A DNA stretch of 64,000 nucleotides from Polyangiales bacterium (lineage in GTDB: Bacteria > Myxococcota_A > Polyangia > Polyangiales > Polyangiaceae). Under the pieces are notes generated by a model. The model did no database searches. It was given only the letters and a program-made list of their open reading frames with translations, and had not been told where the DNA came from. This document shows positions 37,429 to 47,874 of this stretch, one piece after another. The first letter of the stretch is position 1; each line of letters opens with the position of its first letter. The stretch is taken from positions 149,207 through 213,206 of the forward strand of contig JBBRLQ010000015.1 in NCBI GenBank assembly GCA_038231275.1, given 5' to 3'. The position numbers were made by a program, and so were the translations under genes.

Positions 37429-39015
37429 ATGACGCTCGTGGGACAGAAGGGGTGGAGGTCGGCACGCGCCGCCATGGCGATCGTTCCGGTGGGCTTCGCG
37501 CTCGCGGCGTGCTCGGCGACGCCCGACGGCCCGGCGGCCGAGGAGCAGGTAGGACAGTCCTCCGACGCCATCCTCGCGAGCGACGCGCTCGCCCGCGCGA
37601 ACGAGTGGGTCTCCGTGAAGCTGAAGTACTGCCAGGCCCCCAACGGCGCGCGTGACTACGACTCGGCCTGCTCCACGTACTGCAGCCGTCAATCGAACGC
37701 GCAGTGGGATCCGTACCGCTCGGACTGCTCCGGCTTCGTGTCGTGGGCGTGGGGCCTGCCGTCGCCAGGGCGCGTGACCGGGCAGTTCGCGCCGTTCGTG
37801 AACGACATCACCAAAGCGATCCCGGCGATCGATCTGCAGCCGGGCGACGCTGTGAACAACAGCGAGCACATCATGATCTTCAAGGACTGGGTGACCAAGG
37901 GCTCGGTCGCCACCTTCCTCGAGGAGCCGGGGTGCAGCTCGGCGACGCCCTACGCGCACGCCTTCACGAGCAACGTCACGATCAGCGGGAACACGATCCA
38001 CGTCGCGTGGAACGGCATGACGTTCACCGCCATCCACTACGGCGCGCTGCAGTCGGCACCGGCGCTGAAGGGCGTCCTCGACACGGCGAGCTGCACCGAT
38101 CTCGTCGGCTGGGCGCAGGATCCCGACAAGGCGACGGCGTCGATCTCGGTGACCTTGTCCTTCGACGCGCAGATGGGCAAGGCGGGCGCGGCCACGCGCA
38201 TCGTGCCGGCGAACGTCGATCGCAAGGATCTCTGCACGCCGCTCGGCTCGTGCAACCACGGATTTTCGGCGGCGATGCCGCTCGGGATGCAAGACGGTAA
38301 GGCGCACACGCTGTACGCGTACGCGACCGATCCGTCGGGCAGCCAAATCCTCACGTCGGCGCCCAAGACGATGACCTGCCCGATGCCGGCCATCCCGAGC
38401 GGGGTGAAGCGTTGGATCACCGATCCGTCGTCCCTCGGCGCGTGGAAGCTCGACGCGACCCTCGACGTGCTGCGCATGCCGCAGGCCACGGTCGACGCGG
38501 TGGCGAAGGGGGCTGATCTGCCGGCAAAGCCGAGCGCGGTCATCGCAGACGACGGCTCGTCGCCGGCGGTGTGGGTCGTGGACGGCGCGACGCGGCGTCA
38601 CGTGAGAGACGGGGCGTCGATGGCGGCGTGGCACCTCACGGCGGTGAAGACGAGCGTGGCGACGATCAACGCGCTCGCGCAGGGTCCGGACTTTCCGGAG
38701 ACGCCGTTCGCGTTCGTGGGCAGCGGCGGCGGCGCGGTCTACGTGATGGATGTCGATCCGACGACGCCGCCGGCGCCGGGCGGAACCGGCGGATCGAGCA
38801 GCGGCGACGTCGGCGGGGGAACGGGTGGAGCCGGCGGAACGGGCAGCGGCGGTCCGGCCGGAAACGCGGGCGGCGGCGGTGTGGATCCCAACGCGTCGGG
38901 CCCGAGCAGCAGCGGCTGCACGCTCGCCGCGGGCGGCACCGCGCCCGACGCATCGTGGCTTGCGCTCCTCATGGTTATCCCGCTCGTGCGGCGGCGCGTC
39001 AGAGCAGCGGTCTAG
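37429..39015 (+). CDS. NlpC/P60-like cell-wall hydrolase lipoprotein with MYXO-CTERM-like tail
   Basis: Lipobox LAAC; YRSDCSGFVSWAWGL; LQPGDA..HIMIF; Gly-rich linker; SGC..hydrophobic..RRR tail. Confidence 0.8.
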   Translation: MTLVGQKGWRSARAAMAIVPVGFALAACSATPDGPAAEEQVGQSSDAILASDALARANEWVSVKLKYCQAPNGARDYDSACSTYCSRQSNAQWDPYRSDCSGFVSWAWGLPSPGRVTGQFAPFVNDITKAIPAIDLQPGDAVNNSEHIMIFKDWVTKGSVATFLEEPGCSSATPYAHAFTSNVTISGNTIHVAWNGMTFTAIHYGALQSAPALKGVLDTASCTDLVGWAQDPDKATASISVTLSFDAQMGKAGAATRIVPANVDRKDLCTPLGSCNHGFSAAMPLGMQDGKAHTLYAYATDPSGSQILTSAPKTMTCPMPAIPSGVKRWITDPSSLGAWKLDATLDVLRMPQATVDAVAKGADLPAKPSAVIADDGSSPAVWVVDGATRRHVRDGASMAAWHLTAVKTSVATINALAQGPDFPETPFAFVGSGGGAVYVMDVDPTTPPAPGGTGGSSSGDVGGGTGGAGGTGSGGPAGNAGGGGVDPNASGPSSSGCTLAAGGTAPDASWLALLMVIPLVRRRVRAAV

Positions 39016-39557
39016 GTCCAGCGAAGCCGATACCGCACGTCGTGCTCGGTCCACTCGTCGACCGTCACCTTCGCCACCTTCGCGCCGCCGAGCGTGAGCA
39101 CCGCCTCGAGCCTTCCGGCGATCCCCTCCCACATCGGCTCGGTGTAGCCCTTCACGTGCTTGATGGTCGCGGTCGCCTGACCTTTGCCGATGAACGGCCA
39201 CTCGACGCGTCCGTGAGAGTTGTACCTCTGCCACGCCCGCTCGGTCGCGCGGAGGAGCGTGCCGTAGTCGGCGACGCGGATGAACGCGCGAAAGACGCCG
39301 CCGAAATCCGCGCGCGCGGCGAGCTCACCGACGCGTCGGTTGGCGGCGAGGTCCCCTTTGCCGAGCTCGCTGCGGATGGCGTCGTGCAAGGCTGCAGGGA
39401 CCGCCATCGGGAATTGCGCGTCCGGCTCGACAGCCGCCTCGAGGCGTAGGCGCACGTCGGCCGGGAGCGCCGCACGCACGCGCGCGAGCCCTTCCGTGCC
39501 GTACTCCTGTTCGATCGCCGCGAGGAGCCCCCGCAGCGCCATCCCCCGAACGTGCAT
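39012..39557 (-). CDS. Myxococcales DUF2378/TIGR02265-like protein
   Basis: VRGMALRGLLAAI..G..GL.RV..ALP and AWQRY..GRV patterns. Confidence 0.55.
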   Translation of the reverse strand: MHVRGMALRGLLAAIEQEYGTEGLARVRAALPADVRLRLEAAVEPDAQFPMAVPAALHDAIRSELGKGDLAANRRVGELAARADFGGVFRAFIRVADYGTLLRATERAWQRYNSHGRVEWPFIGKGQATATIKHVKGYTEPMWEGIAGRLEAVLTLGGAKVAKVTVDEWTEHDVRYRLRWT

Positions 39558-39622
39558 CGCGAGGAGGAGCGTACCCTACCCGTCAAGCGCGAGCGACGCG
39601 GCGTGGGTCGAGCTTTCGGCGC

Positions 39623-41062
39623 TCAGCGCTTCTTTTTGAGGAGATCGGCGAACGTTCCGAGCGAGGCCGGTGCGTTCGACTTGCTGCGCGCCTCTTCGTA
39701 ATCGGCGCGCTCCTCCGCGTCCTTCGCGCCCTTCACAGAGAGGCGCAGTCGACCGTCGCCGGTCTCGAGGACTTTGGCGGTCACCTTCGTGCCTTCGGGG
39801 AACGTCTTGCGAAGATCGGTGCCGCGCGCGACGCCGAGCTCGGCGCTGGGCACGAGCCCGCGGCCGGCGCGCCCTTTGGTGCCGTCGATCTGGACGAAGA
39901 CCCCGTACGTCTCGATGCGCTCGACGACGCCGTTCACGATGGCACCGACCTTCACGGCGACGCTCGCGGCGACCTGCGCACCCGGCGCGGCCCCTTCGGG
40001 CGCGAGGACGAGCGAGATCTTCTTCGTCTCGCGATCGATCTTCTTGACGACGACGTTCACCGCCTCGCCCTCGCCGATCTTGTCGCGCTTGCCGACCTCC
40101 GACACGTGGAGCAGCCCCTCGACCGCCGGCGCGATGCGCACGAAGAAGCCGAAATCCGCGCTGCGCGTGACGGTGCCGGCGACGACGCGCCCCTCTTTGA
40201 GATCGAGCTCGGCCCACGGATCGGCCATGAGCGCCTTGAGCGAGAGCGTGATCTTCTTCGTCTGGCCGCCGGAGCGCTGCGCCTCGACGTCCTTCACCTC
40301 GCGCACCTGCACTTCGACCGTGTCCCCGGCGTTGAGCGCGGAGGAGACCTGGGCCGAGCGATCGTGCGAAATTTCCGACCGCGGGATGAGGCCCTCGATT
40401 CCGCCGAGATCGACGAACGCCCCGAAATCGCGGATGCCGGTGACGGTGCCCTTGAGGACGGCGCCCGGGACGATGTCCCCCATCATGCGGTGCGCGGCCT
40501 CGCTCGCCTCGCGCTGCATGAGCGCACGGCGCGAGACGACGACGTTCTTGCCGCCGTCCTTCACGTCGGTCACGACGAAGCGCAGCGTCTGGCCGATGAG
40601 GACCTTCGGGTCCTCCATGAAGCCCTTGTCGGCCTGCGACATCGGGCAGAACGCGCGCGCGCCGCCGCCGAGATCGACCTCGAGGCCGCCCTTGTTGACG
40701 CCGGTGACCTTGCCCTCGACGGCGAGGCCCGACTCCTTCGCCTGCTCGATCGCGGCGGTGCTGCCCGGGCGTCCGAGCGATTTGCCGAGGCGGACGAAGC
40801 CCTTGCGATCGTCGACCTCGACGACGTGGCCGCTGACGCGATCGCCCTCCTTGACGGTGATGTTCCCCTCTTCGTCGCGAAGATCCGCGGCCTCGAAGAA
40901 GGCCTGCTGCTTGCCGTCGAGCTCGACGAAGACGCTGTCCTTGCCGACGTGGACGACGATGGCGTCGAGGCGGTCTCCCACGCGCACGGCCTTCTTCCTC
41001 GAGGCGCCTGCGCTCTCCCCTTCGAAGAGGGCGGCGAACGTGTCGACTTTGCTATCGCTCAT
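39623..41062 (-). CDS. Multi-S1-domain protein (ribosomal protein S1 paralog)
   Basis: About five S1 domains: NKGGLEV, AFCPMSQ, DFGAFVDLGGIEGLI, EGLLHVSE, YGVFV; C-terminal SLGTFADLL. Confidence 0.85.
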   Translation of the reverse strand: MSDSKVDTFAALFEGESAGASRKKAVRVGDRLDAIVVHVGKDSVFVELDGKQQAFFEAADLRDEEGNITVKEGDRVSGHVVEVDDRKGFVRLGKSLGRPGSTAAIEQAKESGLAVEGKVTGVNKGGLEVDLGGGARAFCPMSQADKGFMEDPKVLIGQTLRFVVTDVKDGGKNVVVSRRALMQREASEAAHRMMGDIVPGAVLKGTVTGIRDFGAFVDLGGIEGLIPRSEISHDRSAQVSSALNAGDTVEVQVREVKDVEAQRSGGQTKKITLSLKALMADPWAELDLKEGRVVAGTVTRSADFGFFVRIAPAVEGLLHVSEVGKRDKIGEGEAVNVVVKKIDRETKKISLVLAPEGAAPGAQVAASVAVKVGAIVNGVVERIETYGVFVQIDGTKGRAGRGLVPSAELGVARGTDLRKTFPEGTKVTAKVLETGDGRLRLSVKGAKDAEERADYEEARSKSNAPASLGTFADLLKKKR

Positions 41063-41750
41063 GGAGCGCGCGTTCTAGCACTGGATCGCCCAGGAGCAGG
41101 CGATTTTTCGGGGTGATCTCCGCGGGAATTCGCTGCGTGTGGACGCGGTATCCGGCGTCCCGCAGCCGAGCTGCGCGGGTCGCGTCGATGGCGAGCGGGC
41201 CGTCCATCCAGCCGCCCAGGCCGCCCGCATCGTTGCGCCCCTCGTCGTGGCAGCAGGGGACGACCGCGACGCGCGCGCGGACCGAGACGGCGCGCGCGAG
41301 CACCCGATCGGTCAGCTCGCCGCAGGCGTGGCACGAGACGACGACGTCGCCGGCATCGAGCGCGACGTCGTCGAGGCTGCCCGACACGGTAGTGACGCGT
41401 CCGGCGAGGCGCGGCCACTCGTCGGCCATCGCCTTCGCGATCTTGGCGGCGCTCTTGGGAATTCGTGAATCGACGGCGAGCGCCACCTTCGACGTGTCGT
41501 CGAGGATCAGCATCAGGTGCGCGAGGAGGGCGTGCCCGCACGCAAGATCGACGACGCGCCCGCCTCGAAAGCGACGCCGCGTGCGCCGGGCCAGCTCCCA
41601 CGCCTCGTACAGCTCCTTGCGCGGCAGGCACTCGGCGCGGCATACCGCCCGGCCGATGCGGTCGAAGAGGCCGTCGCCGGGGAAGCGCGGGAGCTGGTGG
41701 AGATTCAGCTTCACGCGCGAGCTGGGCGAAAAATTTCCAGTCACGGGCAA
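41052..41750 (-). CDS. SAM-dependent methyltransferase (Methyltransf_32-like)
   Basis: VVDLACGHAL, HACGELTD, VPCCH and ITPKNRLL motifs. Confidence 0.8.
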   Translation of the reverse strand: MPVTGNFSPSSRVKLNLHQLPRFPGDGLFDRIGRAVCRAECLPRKELYEAWELARRTRRRFRGGRVVDLACGHALLAHLMLILDDTSKVALAVDSRIPKSAAKIAKAMADEWPRLAGRVTTVSGSLDDVALDAGDVVVSCHACGELTDRVLARAVSVRARVAVVPCCHDEGRNDAGGLGGWMDGPLAIDATRAARLRDAGYRVHTQRIPAEITPKNRLLLGDPVLERALHER

Positions 41751-41755
41751 GTACG

Positions 41756-41772
41756 AGCATACGCGCTATGAT
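41756..41772. promoter_or_regulatory. Putative back-to-back -10 elements (bidirectional promoter)
   Basis: TATGCT on minus (41756-41761) and TATGAT on plus (41767-41772) between divergent starts 28 bp apart. Confidence 0.5.
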
Positions 41773-41778
41773 TGGGCG

Positions 41779-42945
41779 ATGCGCGCGTCCCCGCTCTGGC
41801 TCGGCGCCATCGTCTCGGCCTGCTACGGCAGCACCGGCGCGTCACCCGCCCCCTCCGGCACCGGCTCCGGCACGCAGGCGTATTCGTGCCCCGGCGAGAG
41901 CGCGGACCTCGATCACACGAAGATCCTCGCCTGCCTCGGCCAAGGCGCGACCCAGCCGGCATGCCTCGACGCGCTCTTCACGCCGTACTTCGCGTCGCAC
42001 ACCACGCACGACGCGCTCGCGCTGCTGCAGTGCCTCGAGGATCACGACAACGGGATCCTCGGCGACTGCCACCCCGTCGCGCACTCGATCGGTCGCATCA
42101 CGTTCTTGAAGCAGCAGAGCGTCGACAAGTCGTTCGCGGCGTGCGAAGCGACGTGCCACTCCGGCTGCTACCACGGCGCGATGGAGCGCTTCCTCCGCGG
42201 AGACGCGCCCGACGGCACGCACATCACGCCGCAGGAGCTCCAGGCGAAGGCAGCGACGGCGTGCGATCCGAACGCCGAGCTCCAGTTCCGGTTCCAGTGC
42301 TTGCACGGCCTCGGCCACGCGCTGATGTACTACTCGGGCTACGCGCTCACGTCGTCGCTGCAGCTGTGCTCGTCGACCGGCGCGGGGTGGAACGAAGGCT
42401 CGTGTTGGGGCGGGGTGTTCATGGAGAACCTCGTCGCCGCCGACTCGAAGGCGCGCGACGTCTCGCCTACGGACGTCCACTACCCGTGCGACGCGATCGA
42501 CGATCGCTACGGCGACACCTGCTACCAGATGCAGACGAGCCGCATGAGCGAGATGGGGCTCGGCCCGGCGGACATCCTCGTCGAGTGCCGAAAAGCGGGG
42601 ACGCATCGGCCGCAGTGCATGCAGTCGCTCGGTCGCGATCTCTCGAACACGGTGCGGTTGGGCGACTCGGCGTCGGTCATCGCGGTGTGCGAGACCGGCG
42701 TCCCGGAGGACACGTCCGCGTGCACGGGCGGGGTCATCGGCGCGCTCATCGACAACACGTGGGACGGGCGCTTCGCGTTTCCGTATTGCGCGAAATATCC
42801 GGCAGACAGCACGGGCGCCGACTGCTTCACGCTGAGCGTGGACCACATGAAGAGCCTGTACGGCAAGACGACCGACGACGTCGTGGCCCAGTGCGCCCAG
42901 TACGTGCCCGGCAACTCCGTCTGCACCGCCGCCGCGCAACGCTGA
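41779..42945 (+). CDS. Cys/His-rich repeat lipoprotein
   Basis: Lipobox VSAC; CHPVAHSIG, CHSGCYHGAME, CLHGLGHALM and CWGGVFMEN repeats. Confidence 0.75.
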   Translation: MRASPLWLGAIVSACYGSTGASPAPSGTGSGTQAYSCPGESADLDHTKILACLGQGATQPACLDALFTPYFASHTTHDALALLQCLEDHDNGILGDCHPVAHSIGRITFLKQQSVDKSFAACEATCHSGCYHGAMERFLRGDAPDGTHITPQELQAKAATACDPNAELQFRFQCLHGLGHALMYYSGYALTSSLQLCSSTGAGWNEGSCWGGVFMENLVAADSKARDVSPTDVHYPCDAIDDRYGDTCYQMQTSRMSEMGLGPADILVECRKAGTHRPQCMQSLGRDLSNTVRLGDSASVIAVCETGVPEDTSACTGGVIGALIDNTWDGRFAFPYCAKYPADSTGADCFTLSVDHMKSLYGKTTDDVVAQCAQYVPGNSVCTAAAQR

Positions 42946-43127
42946 GCGCTCGCGACGTCCGCAGAGCGACGCGGGATGGACGCGATGGGGCACGGCATAC
43001 GAGTTGCGATGCGGTGACGCGGCGACGTCACCCGCGCGGACTTCCGCGTCATGCACGACCCCCGTGAACGCGCGGGTCTCCCGGTACGGCGCCGTTGTCA
43101 TAGCTGGCTTGGCTTAAGGAGCTCACG

Positions 43128-44672
43128 ATGCCGTACAAAATTCGCTTCATTTCTGCGTCCGCAGCGGCTTTGGCGTTCATTGCGCTCGTCTCGCACGAGC
43201 CGGTGGCGCGCGCGTGCGGCGGCTGTTTTCACGAAGAGACGCCGCCGACGCCTGCGCAGCGCTCGGTCGTCACCGATCACCGGATGGCGTTCGCGCTGTC
43301 GCGGACGCAGACGGTCCTCTGGGATCAGATCCGGTACGCCGGCGATCCGCGCGAGTTCGCCTGGGTCCTCCCGGTGCGCCCGGGGACGGTCGTTGAGCTG
43401 TCGCGGGACGAGTGGTTCGCCGCGCTCGACGTCAGCACGCAGCCGGTGATCTCCGCCCCCGCGTATTACGGGCGAGGCTACGGCTGCGCGCTGACCGGGT
43501 GCGCCTCGGCGGGGAGCAGCGAGGCGGCGACCGGCGGCGGAGGCGGAGACGTGCAGCTCCTCTCGCAGAGCGTGATCGGACCGTACGAGCGCGTCACCCT
43601 CCGCGCGACCGATCCGCACGCGCTCGAGGCGTGGCTCTCCCTGCACGGCTTCGCACTCCCCGAGACGATCAAGCCGACGATCGACGCGTACGTGGAGGAG
43701 GGCTTCGACTTCGTCGCGCTGCGCCTGCGCCCCGACTGCGGACAGCGCGCGATGCAGCCGGTCCGGGTCGTCTCGCCGGGCGCGGATCCGTCGCTGCCCC
43801 TTCGCATGGTCGCCGCGGGCGTCGGCGCGAGCGTCGGCATCACGCTCTTCGTCATCGGCGAGGGGCGCTACGAGCCGCAGAATTTCCCCGTCACGGCGCC
43901 CGACGACACGCACCTCGTTTGGGACCGAACGACGAATCGTTCGAACTACGCCGAGCTCTCGCAAGCCGCGATGGCCCAGAGCAACGGACACACGTGGCTC
44001 GTCGAGTACGCGAACCGCCCGTCCCTCGTCGGCACCGGCGCGGCCGCGGGGACGACGTCGTTCGGCGCGACGAATCCCGGTCTCTTCGACGCGTACATCG
44101 GGTTGTGCTCGTCGCCTGGTGGCAGACCTGGCACGCCCGCGACGCCTTGCGCGGGCACCCGTTCGCTCGACGCGCCGACCGACTCCGGCTCCGACTCCGG
44201 CTCCGACGCCGATGCCGACGCCGGCTCCGACGCCGACTCCGGTGCCGACGCCGACTCCGCTGCCGACTCCGCTGCCGACTCCGCTGCCGACTCCGCTGCC
44301 GACGCCGCTGCCGACTCCGACGCCGACGCCGACGCCGACGCTTCCGTCATCCCTCCAGCATCCTGCGTCGGCTTCGACGATCTCGACGTCGCGACCTCTG
44401 GAATGAGCCGATCCAGCGTCTGGGTCACCCGCCTCCGCGCCGTGCTCCCTGCGGCGGCGCTCAGCCTCGGGGACCTTCGGCTGATCGCGTCGCGCGACCA
44501 GCTCACGGTGAGCAACTACCACCAGACGTACTCCTACTCCGACGACGCGCAAACCAAGGCGACCCGCAAGTCGTGCGCGGGAGCGCCGACGCGGCATGAG
44601 CCCTTCTCCCCGATCGCCCTCGGGATCGCGGCGCTCGGCGGCGTCTTCGTGCTCCTCCGTCGGCGGCGCTGA
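43128..44672 (+). CDS. DUF2330 domain protein with C-terminal sorting-like tail
   Basis: [31 protein letters not shown] and LPLRMV motifs; Cys + hydrophobic + RRRR C-terminus. Confidence 0.85.
   Translation: MPYKIRFISASAAALAFIALVSHEPVARACGGCFHEETPPTPAQRSVVTDHRMAFALSRTQTVLWDQIRYAGDPREFAWVLPVRPGTVVELSRDEWFAALDVSTQPVISAPAYYGRGYGCALTGCASAGSSEAATGGGGGDVQLLSQSVIGPYERVTLRATDPHALEAWLSLHGFALPETIKPTIDAYVEEGFDFVALRLRPDCGQRAMQPVRVVSPGADPSLPLRMVAAGVGASVGITLFVIGEGRYEPQNFPVTAPDDTHLVWDRTTNRSNYAELSQAAMAQSNGHTWLVEYANRPSLVGTGAAAGTTSFGATNPGLFDAYIGLCSSPGGRPGTPATPCAGTRSLDAPTDSGSDSGSDADADAGSDADSGADADSAADSAADSAADSAADAAADSDADADADASVIPPASCVGFDDLDVATSGMSRSSVWVTRLRAVLPAAALSLGDLRLIASRDQLTVSNYHQTYSYSDDAQTKATRKSCAGAPTRHEPFSPIALGIAALGGVFVLLRRRR
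44181..44342. repeat. Coding low-complexity Asp/Ser/Ala repeat
   Basis: GACTCCGCTGCC x4 at 44253-44300 within a longer hexamer-based tract. Confidence 0.85.
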
Positions 44673-44697
44673 CCCGCGGCGCTGACCCGCAGACGCG

Positions 44698-46635
44698 CTA
44701 CGCGCCTTCCTGCATGCTCGCGAGCTCCTTCTCGATCTCTTCCCACTCCGCCATCCACCCGTCGATCTTCGCGCCGAGCTCGACGTCCTCTTTTTGCTGA
44801 CGCGCGACCTCGTCGGCGCCGGTCTTCTCGAAGAAGCCCGGCGCCGCCCACGCGTCGTGGATCGCCTTCTTCTTCGCCTCGCCCTCGGCGATCTGCGCGA
44901 GGACCTTGTCCCGCCGGGCCGGGAGCGCGGCGAGGCGGTTGCGCCTCTTCTTCTGCTCCTCCCACGAGACCGCCGAGATCTCCTTCTCTTCGCGCGCCGC
45001 TGCGCGTGGCCCCTCGGTCTTCGCCTTCAGAACGACCGCGTCCGCGTCGAGGTGATCGTCGCCGCACCGCTCCAGGTACTCCTGGTACGTGCCGGGGAAA
45101 TCGCGGAGCCCGTTCGGCGTCACCTCGACGATGCGCGTCGCGAGCTGCGAGACGAACCAGCGATCGTGCGAGACGAAGAGCACGGTCCCGTCGAACGCCT
45201 TGAGCCCCTCGACGAGCGCGGCGATCGACTCGAGATCGAGGTGGTTCGTCGGCTCGTCCAGGACGAGCACGTTGGGGCGCTGGACCACGATCCGGCAGAA
45301 AATGAGCCGCGCCGCCTCACCGCCAGAGAGCGAGCCGACGTTTTTCTCGACGTCGTCGCCCGAGAAGAGCATCCGCCCGAGGTGGCCGCGCACGAAGCTC
45401 GTGCCCTCGGTCGGGCAGACGTCCCACACGTAGTCGAGCGGCGTCTGGTCGGCGTTCGACAGGAGCTCGTGGTGGTCCTGCGCGAAGTAGCCGGTGCGCA
45501 CCTCGTGCCCGAGCTTCACGGCGCCGGCGTCGGCGTCGACGGCATCCATCACGATCTTGAGGAGCGTCGATTTGCCGAGGCCGTTGGGACCGAGGATGCC
45601 GACCTTCTCGCCGCGACGAACGGCCAGCGACACGTCGACGAGGACCTTCTTCTCGCCGTACGCCTTGGACACGTGCGAGACATCGAGGACGTCCTTGCCG
45701 CTCGGGCGCTCGGGCTCGAACCGAAAATACGGCGCGCGGCGCGAGCTCGCTTGGAGCTCCTCGACCTCGATCTTTTCGATTTGCTTGAGGCGGCTCTGCG
45801 CTTGCTTGGCCTTCGTCGCCTTGGCGCCGAAGCGATCCACGAACGCGCGCTTGTCGGCGATGATCTTCTCGGCGCGGGCGATCTCCGCCTCTTTGCGCTC
45901 GCGCACCGCGACCTTCTCGCGCACGAACGCGGTGTAGTTGCCGACGTACTCGGTGACGGTGGCGTAGTCGACGTCGAGGATGTGGGTGGCGACGTTGTCG
46001 AGGAAGCGCTGGTCGTGGCTGATGACGAGCGCGACGCCGCGGTAGCCGGCGAGGAATTTCTCGAGCCAGCGGATGGAGAGGATGTCGAGGTGGTTGGTGG
46101 GCTCGTCGAGGAGGAGCACGTCGGGGCCGCCGAGGAGGACCTGCGCGAGCAGCACGCGGAGCTTGAAGCCGCCCGAGAGCGTCGCCAGCGGCTGCGGGTG
46201 CGACGCGCGGGGAATGCCCAGGCCCTCGAGGATCGCCGACGCGCGCGCTTCGAGCGTGTAGCCGTCGAGCTGACGAACGACGTCCTCGAGCTCGGCGAGT
46301 CGCGCGGGGTCTCCCTCGCCATGATCGATGATCCGCGAACGCTCCTCGAGCGCAGCGTGGGCCGGGGCGTCGCCCATCATCGCGAGGGTGAGGATGATCT
46401 GCGCGTCGTCGAGGAAGAGATCTTGGCGGAGGACACCGACGCGCGCGCGCGAAGGGATGGTGACGGTGCCGTCGGACGCGGGTTCGTCGCCGGCGAGCAC
46501 CTTGAGGAGGGTCGTCTTGCCGGAGCCGTTCGCGCCGACGAGGCCGTAGCGATGGCCGGGCGTGAGCTGGAGCGACACGTCCTCGAAGAGCGTGCGGTCG
46601 CCGAAGGCCTTGGCGAGCTTGGTCGTCGCGATCAT
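44698..46635 (-). CDS. ABC-F family ATPase (YbiT-like)
   Basis: Two ABC domains ([42 protein letters not shown]), AKQAQSR linker, no TM helices. Confidence 0.92.
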   Translation of the reverse strand: MIATTKLAKAFGDRTLFEDVSLQLTPGHRYGLVGANGSGKTTLLKVLAGDEPASDGTVTIPSRARVGVLRQDLFLDDAQIILTLAMMGDAPAHAALEERSRIIDHGEGDPARLAELEDVVRQLDGYTLEARASAILEGLGIPRASHPQPLATLSGGFKLRVLLAQVLLGGPDVLLLDEPTNHLDILSIRWLEKFLAGYRGVALVISHDQRFLDNVATHILDVDYATVTEYVGNYTAFVREKVAVRERKEAEIARAEKIIADKRAFVDRFGAKATKAKQAQSRLKQIEKIEVEELQASSRRAPYFRFEPERPSGKDVLDVSHVSKAYGEKKVLVDVSLAVRRGEKVGILGPNGLGKSTLLKIVMDAVDADAGAVKLGHEVRTGYFAQDHHELLSNADQTPLDYVWDVCPTEGTSFVRGHLGRMLFSGDDVEKNVGSLSGGEAARLIFCRIVVQRPNVLVLDEPTNHLDLESIAALVEGLKAFDGTVLFVSHDRWFVSQLATRIVEVTPNGLRDFPGTYQEYLERCGDDHLDADAVVLKAKTEGPRAAAREEKEISAVSWEEQKKRRNRLAALPARRDKVLAQIAEGEAKKKAIHDAWAAPGFFEKTGADEVARQQKEDVELGAKIDGWMAEWEEIEKELASMQEGA

Positions 46636-46642
46636 CGTGCCG

Positions 46643-47851
46643 TCACGCTCGCGCGACCTCGACCGCGACCTGGACGTAGTGCGCCGCCACCGCGCGGATC
46701 TGCGCGGCGCGCTGGCCGGCCCGCCCTCGCGCGAGATCGGGCCCCGCGTGCGCCTCGATCCGCTCCAAGAACTCCTCGATCGTGCCGACCCTGCCCTTCA
46801 GGAGCTGCCGTCCGACGTGGCGGAGATCGATCCGCGTCTTCGGCAAGAATCCACCCGACGCGGCGAGGATGCGCGTCGCGTAGCGCCCCCACGAGCAAAC
46901 GACGTCGGTGTCCTTCACGAACGCGCGCCACGCGGCATGCAGCTCGTCGAGGGTGCCGCCCTCCATCAGCGCGCGCTCCTCGAGGCGGATGTGACGCGGG
47001 GTAGACGGCGCGAGCGGGTAGCGCGGTCGCGCGATCGCGTCGAACGTCTCGCCGGTGGACGGACGGTAGGCCGCCCACTGCACGAGCTCGTCGGGGTGCC
47101 CGTCTCCGCGCTCGGACGAGCGGTACGGCCACGCGTTCGCCTCGCCGACGACGCACACCAGATCGTTCGCGCGCTCGCGAAAGAGCATCGGCACGCGCGG
47201 CCCCACGGCAGCCGGCTTTTTGTGGCGCACGCGCGCGCCGCGCAATGTCTCCGCGCATCGGAGCTGCGTGTCGACCATCGCGCGGAACGGCGCCAGCATC
47301 GCGAGGAAGCGCTCCGGATCTCCCTCCAGCGCGCCGAGCACGTACACGAGCGCTTCGATCGTCGACACGTACGCCTCGTGCGGCTCGCGGCGAATGCGGT
47401 ACTCGCTCGGCGCGCGCGGCGTGAACGCGAAGCGCGGCAGCGCCTGGAGCTCGGGGTTTTCGCGGACCACCTTACGCGCGAGCGACCACGTTCCGTCGAT
47501 CACTATGAGCGTCACCGGTCCTTTCGGCGGCGACGCGACGACGTCGATCGCGGGAACCCTCGCGTCCCCCGGATAGAGGAGCGCCGCGGGGCGCGTCGGA
47601 TCCGAGAGCGCCCGCGCGAGCGCTTGCGACCCCTGCCAACGCACGCCGACATGGAGCTCGGAGTTCGGCAAGCACAGGCTCGCCATGCGCGCGGTCCCGA
47701 TCGGCACGTCGCGCTCGCGGGGATGCTGGAGGAGCACGACGCGCGTGGCCGTCGGGATCGGCGCGATGTGCGCGCAGTAACAGACCGCTTGCGGCCTGCG
47801 GCAACGCGCACACACCAAGCGCGGCTCGAAGACCGCAGCGCCAGGCATCAC
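46643..47851 (-). CDS. DTW-domain tRNA aminocarboxypropyltransferase (TapT/YfiP-like) with C-terminal extension
   Basis: CARCRRPQAVCYC, LLQHPRE, LLYPG, IDGTW, YRIR and STIEA motifs. Confidence 0.85.
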   Translation of the reverse strand: MMPGAAVFEPRLVCARCRRPQAVCYCAHIAPIPTATRVVLLQHPRERDVPIGTARMASLCLPNSELHVGVRWQGSQALARALSDPTRPAALLYPGDARVPAIDVVASPPKGPVTLIVIDGTWSLARKVVRENPELQALPRFAFTPRAPSEYRIRREPHEAYVSTIEALVYVLGALEGDPERFLAMLAPFRAMVDTQLRCAETLRGARVRHKKPAAVGPRVPMLFRERANDLVCVVGEANAWPYRSSERGDGHPDELVQWAAYRPSTGETFDAIARPRYPLAPSTPRHIRLEERALMEGGTLDELHAAWRAFVKDTDVVCSWGRYATRILAASGGFLPKTRIDLRHVGRQLLKGRVGTIEEFLERIEAHAGPDLARGRAGQRAAQIRAVAAHYVQVAVEVARA

Positions 47852-47874
47852 GACGAGTCCCTACTCCTGCGCGC

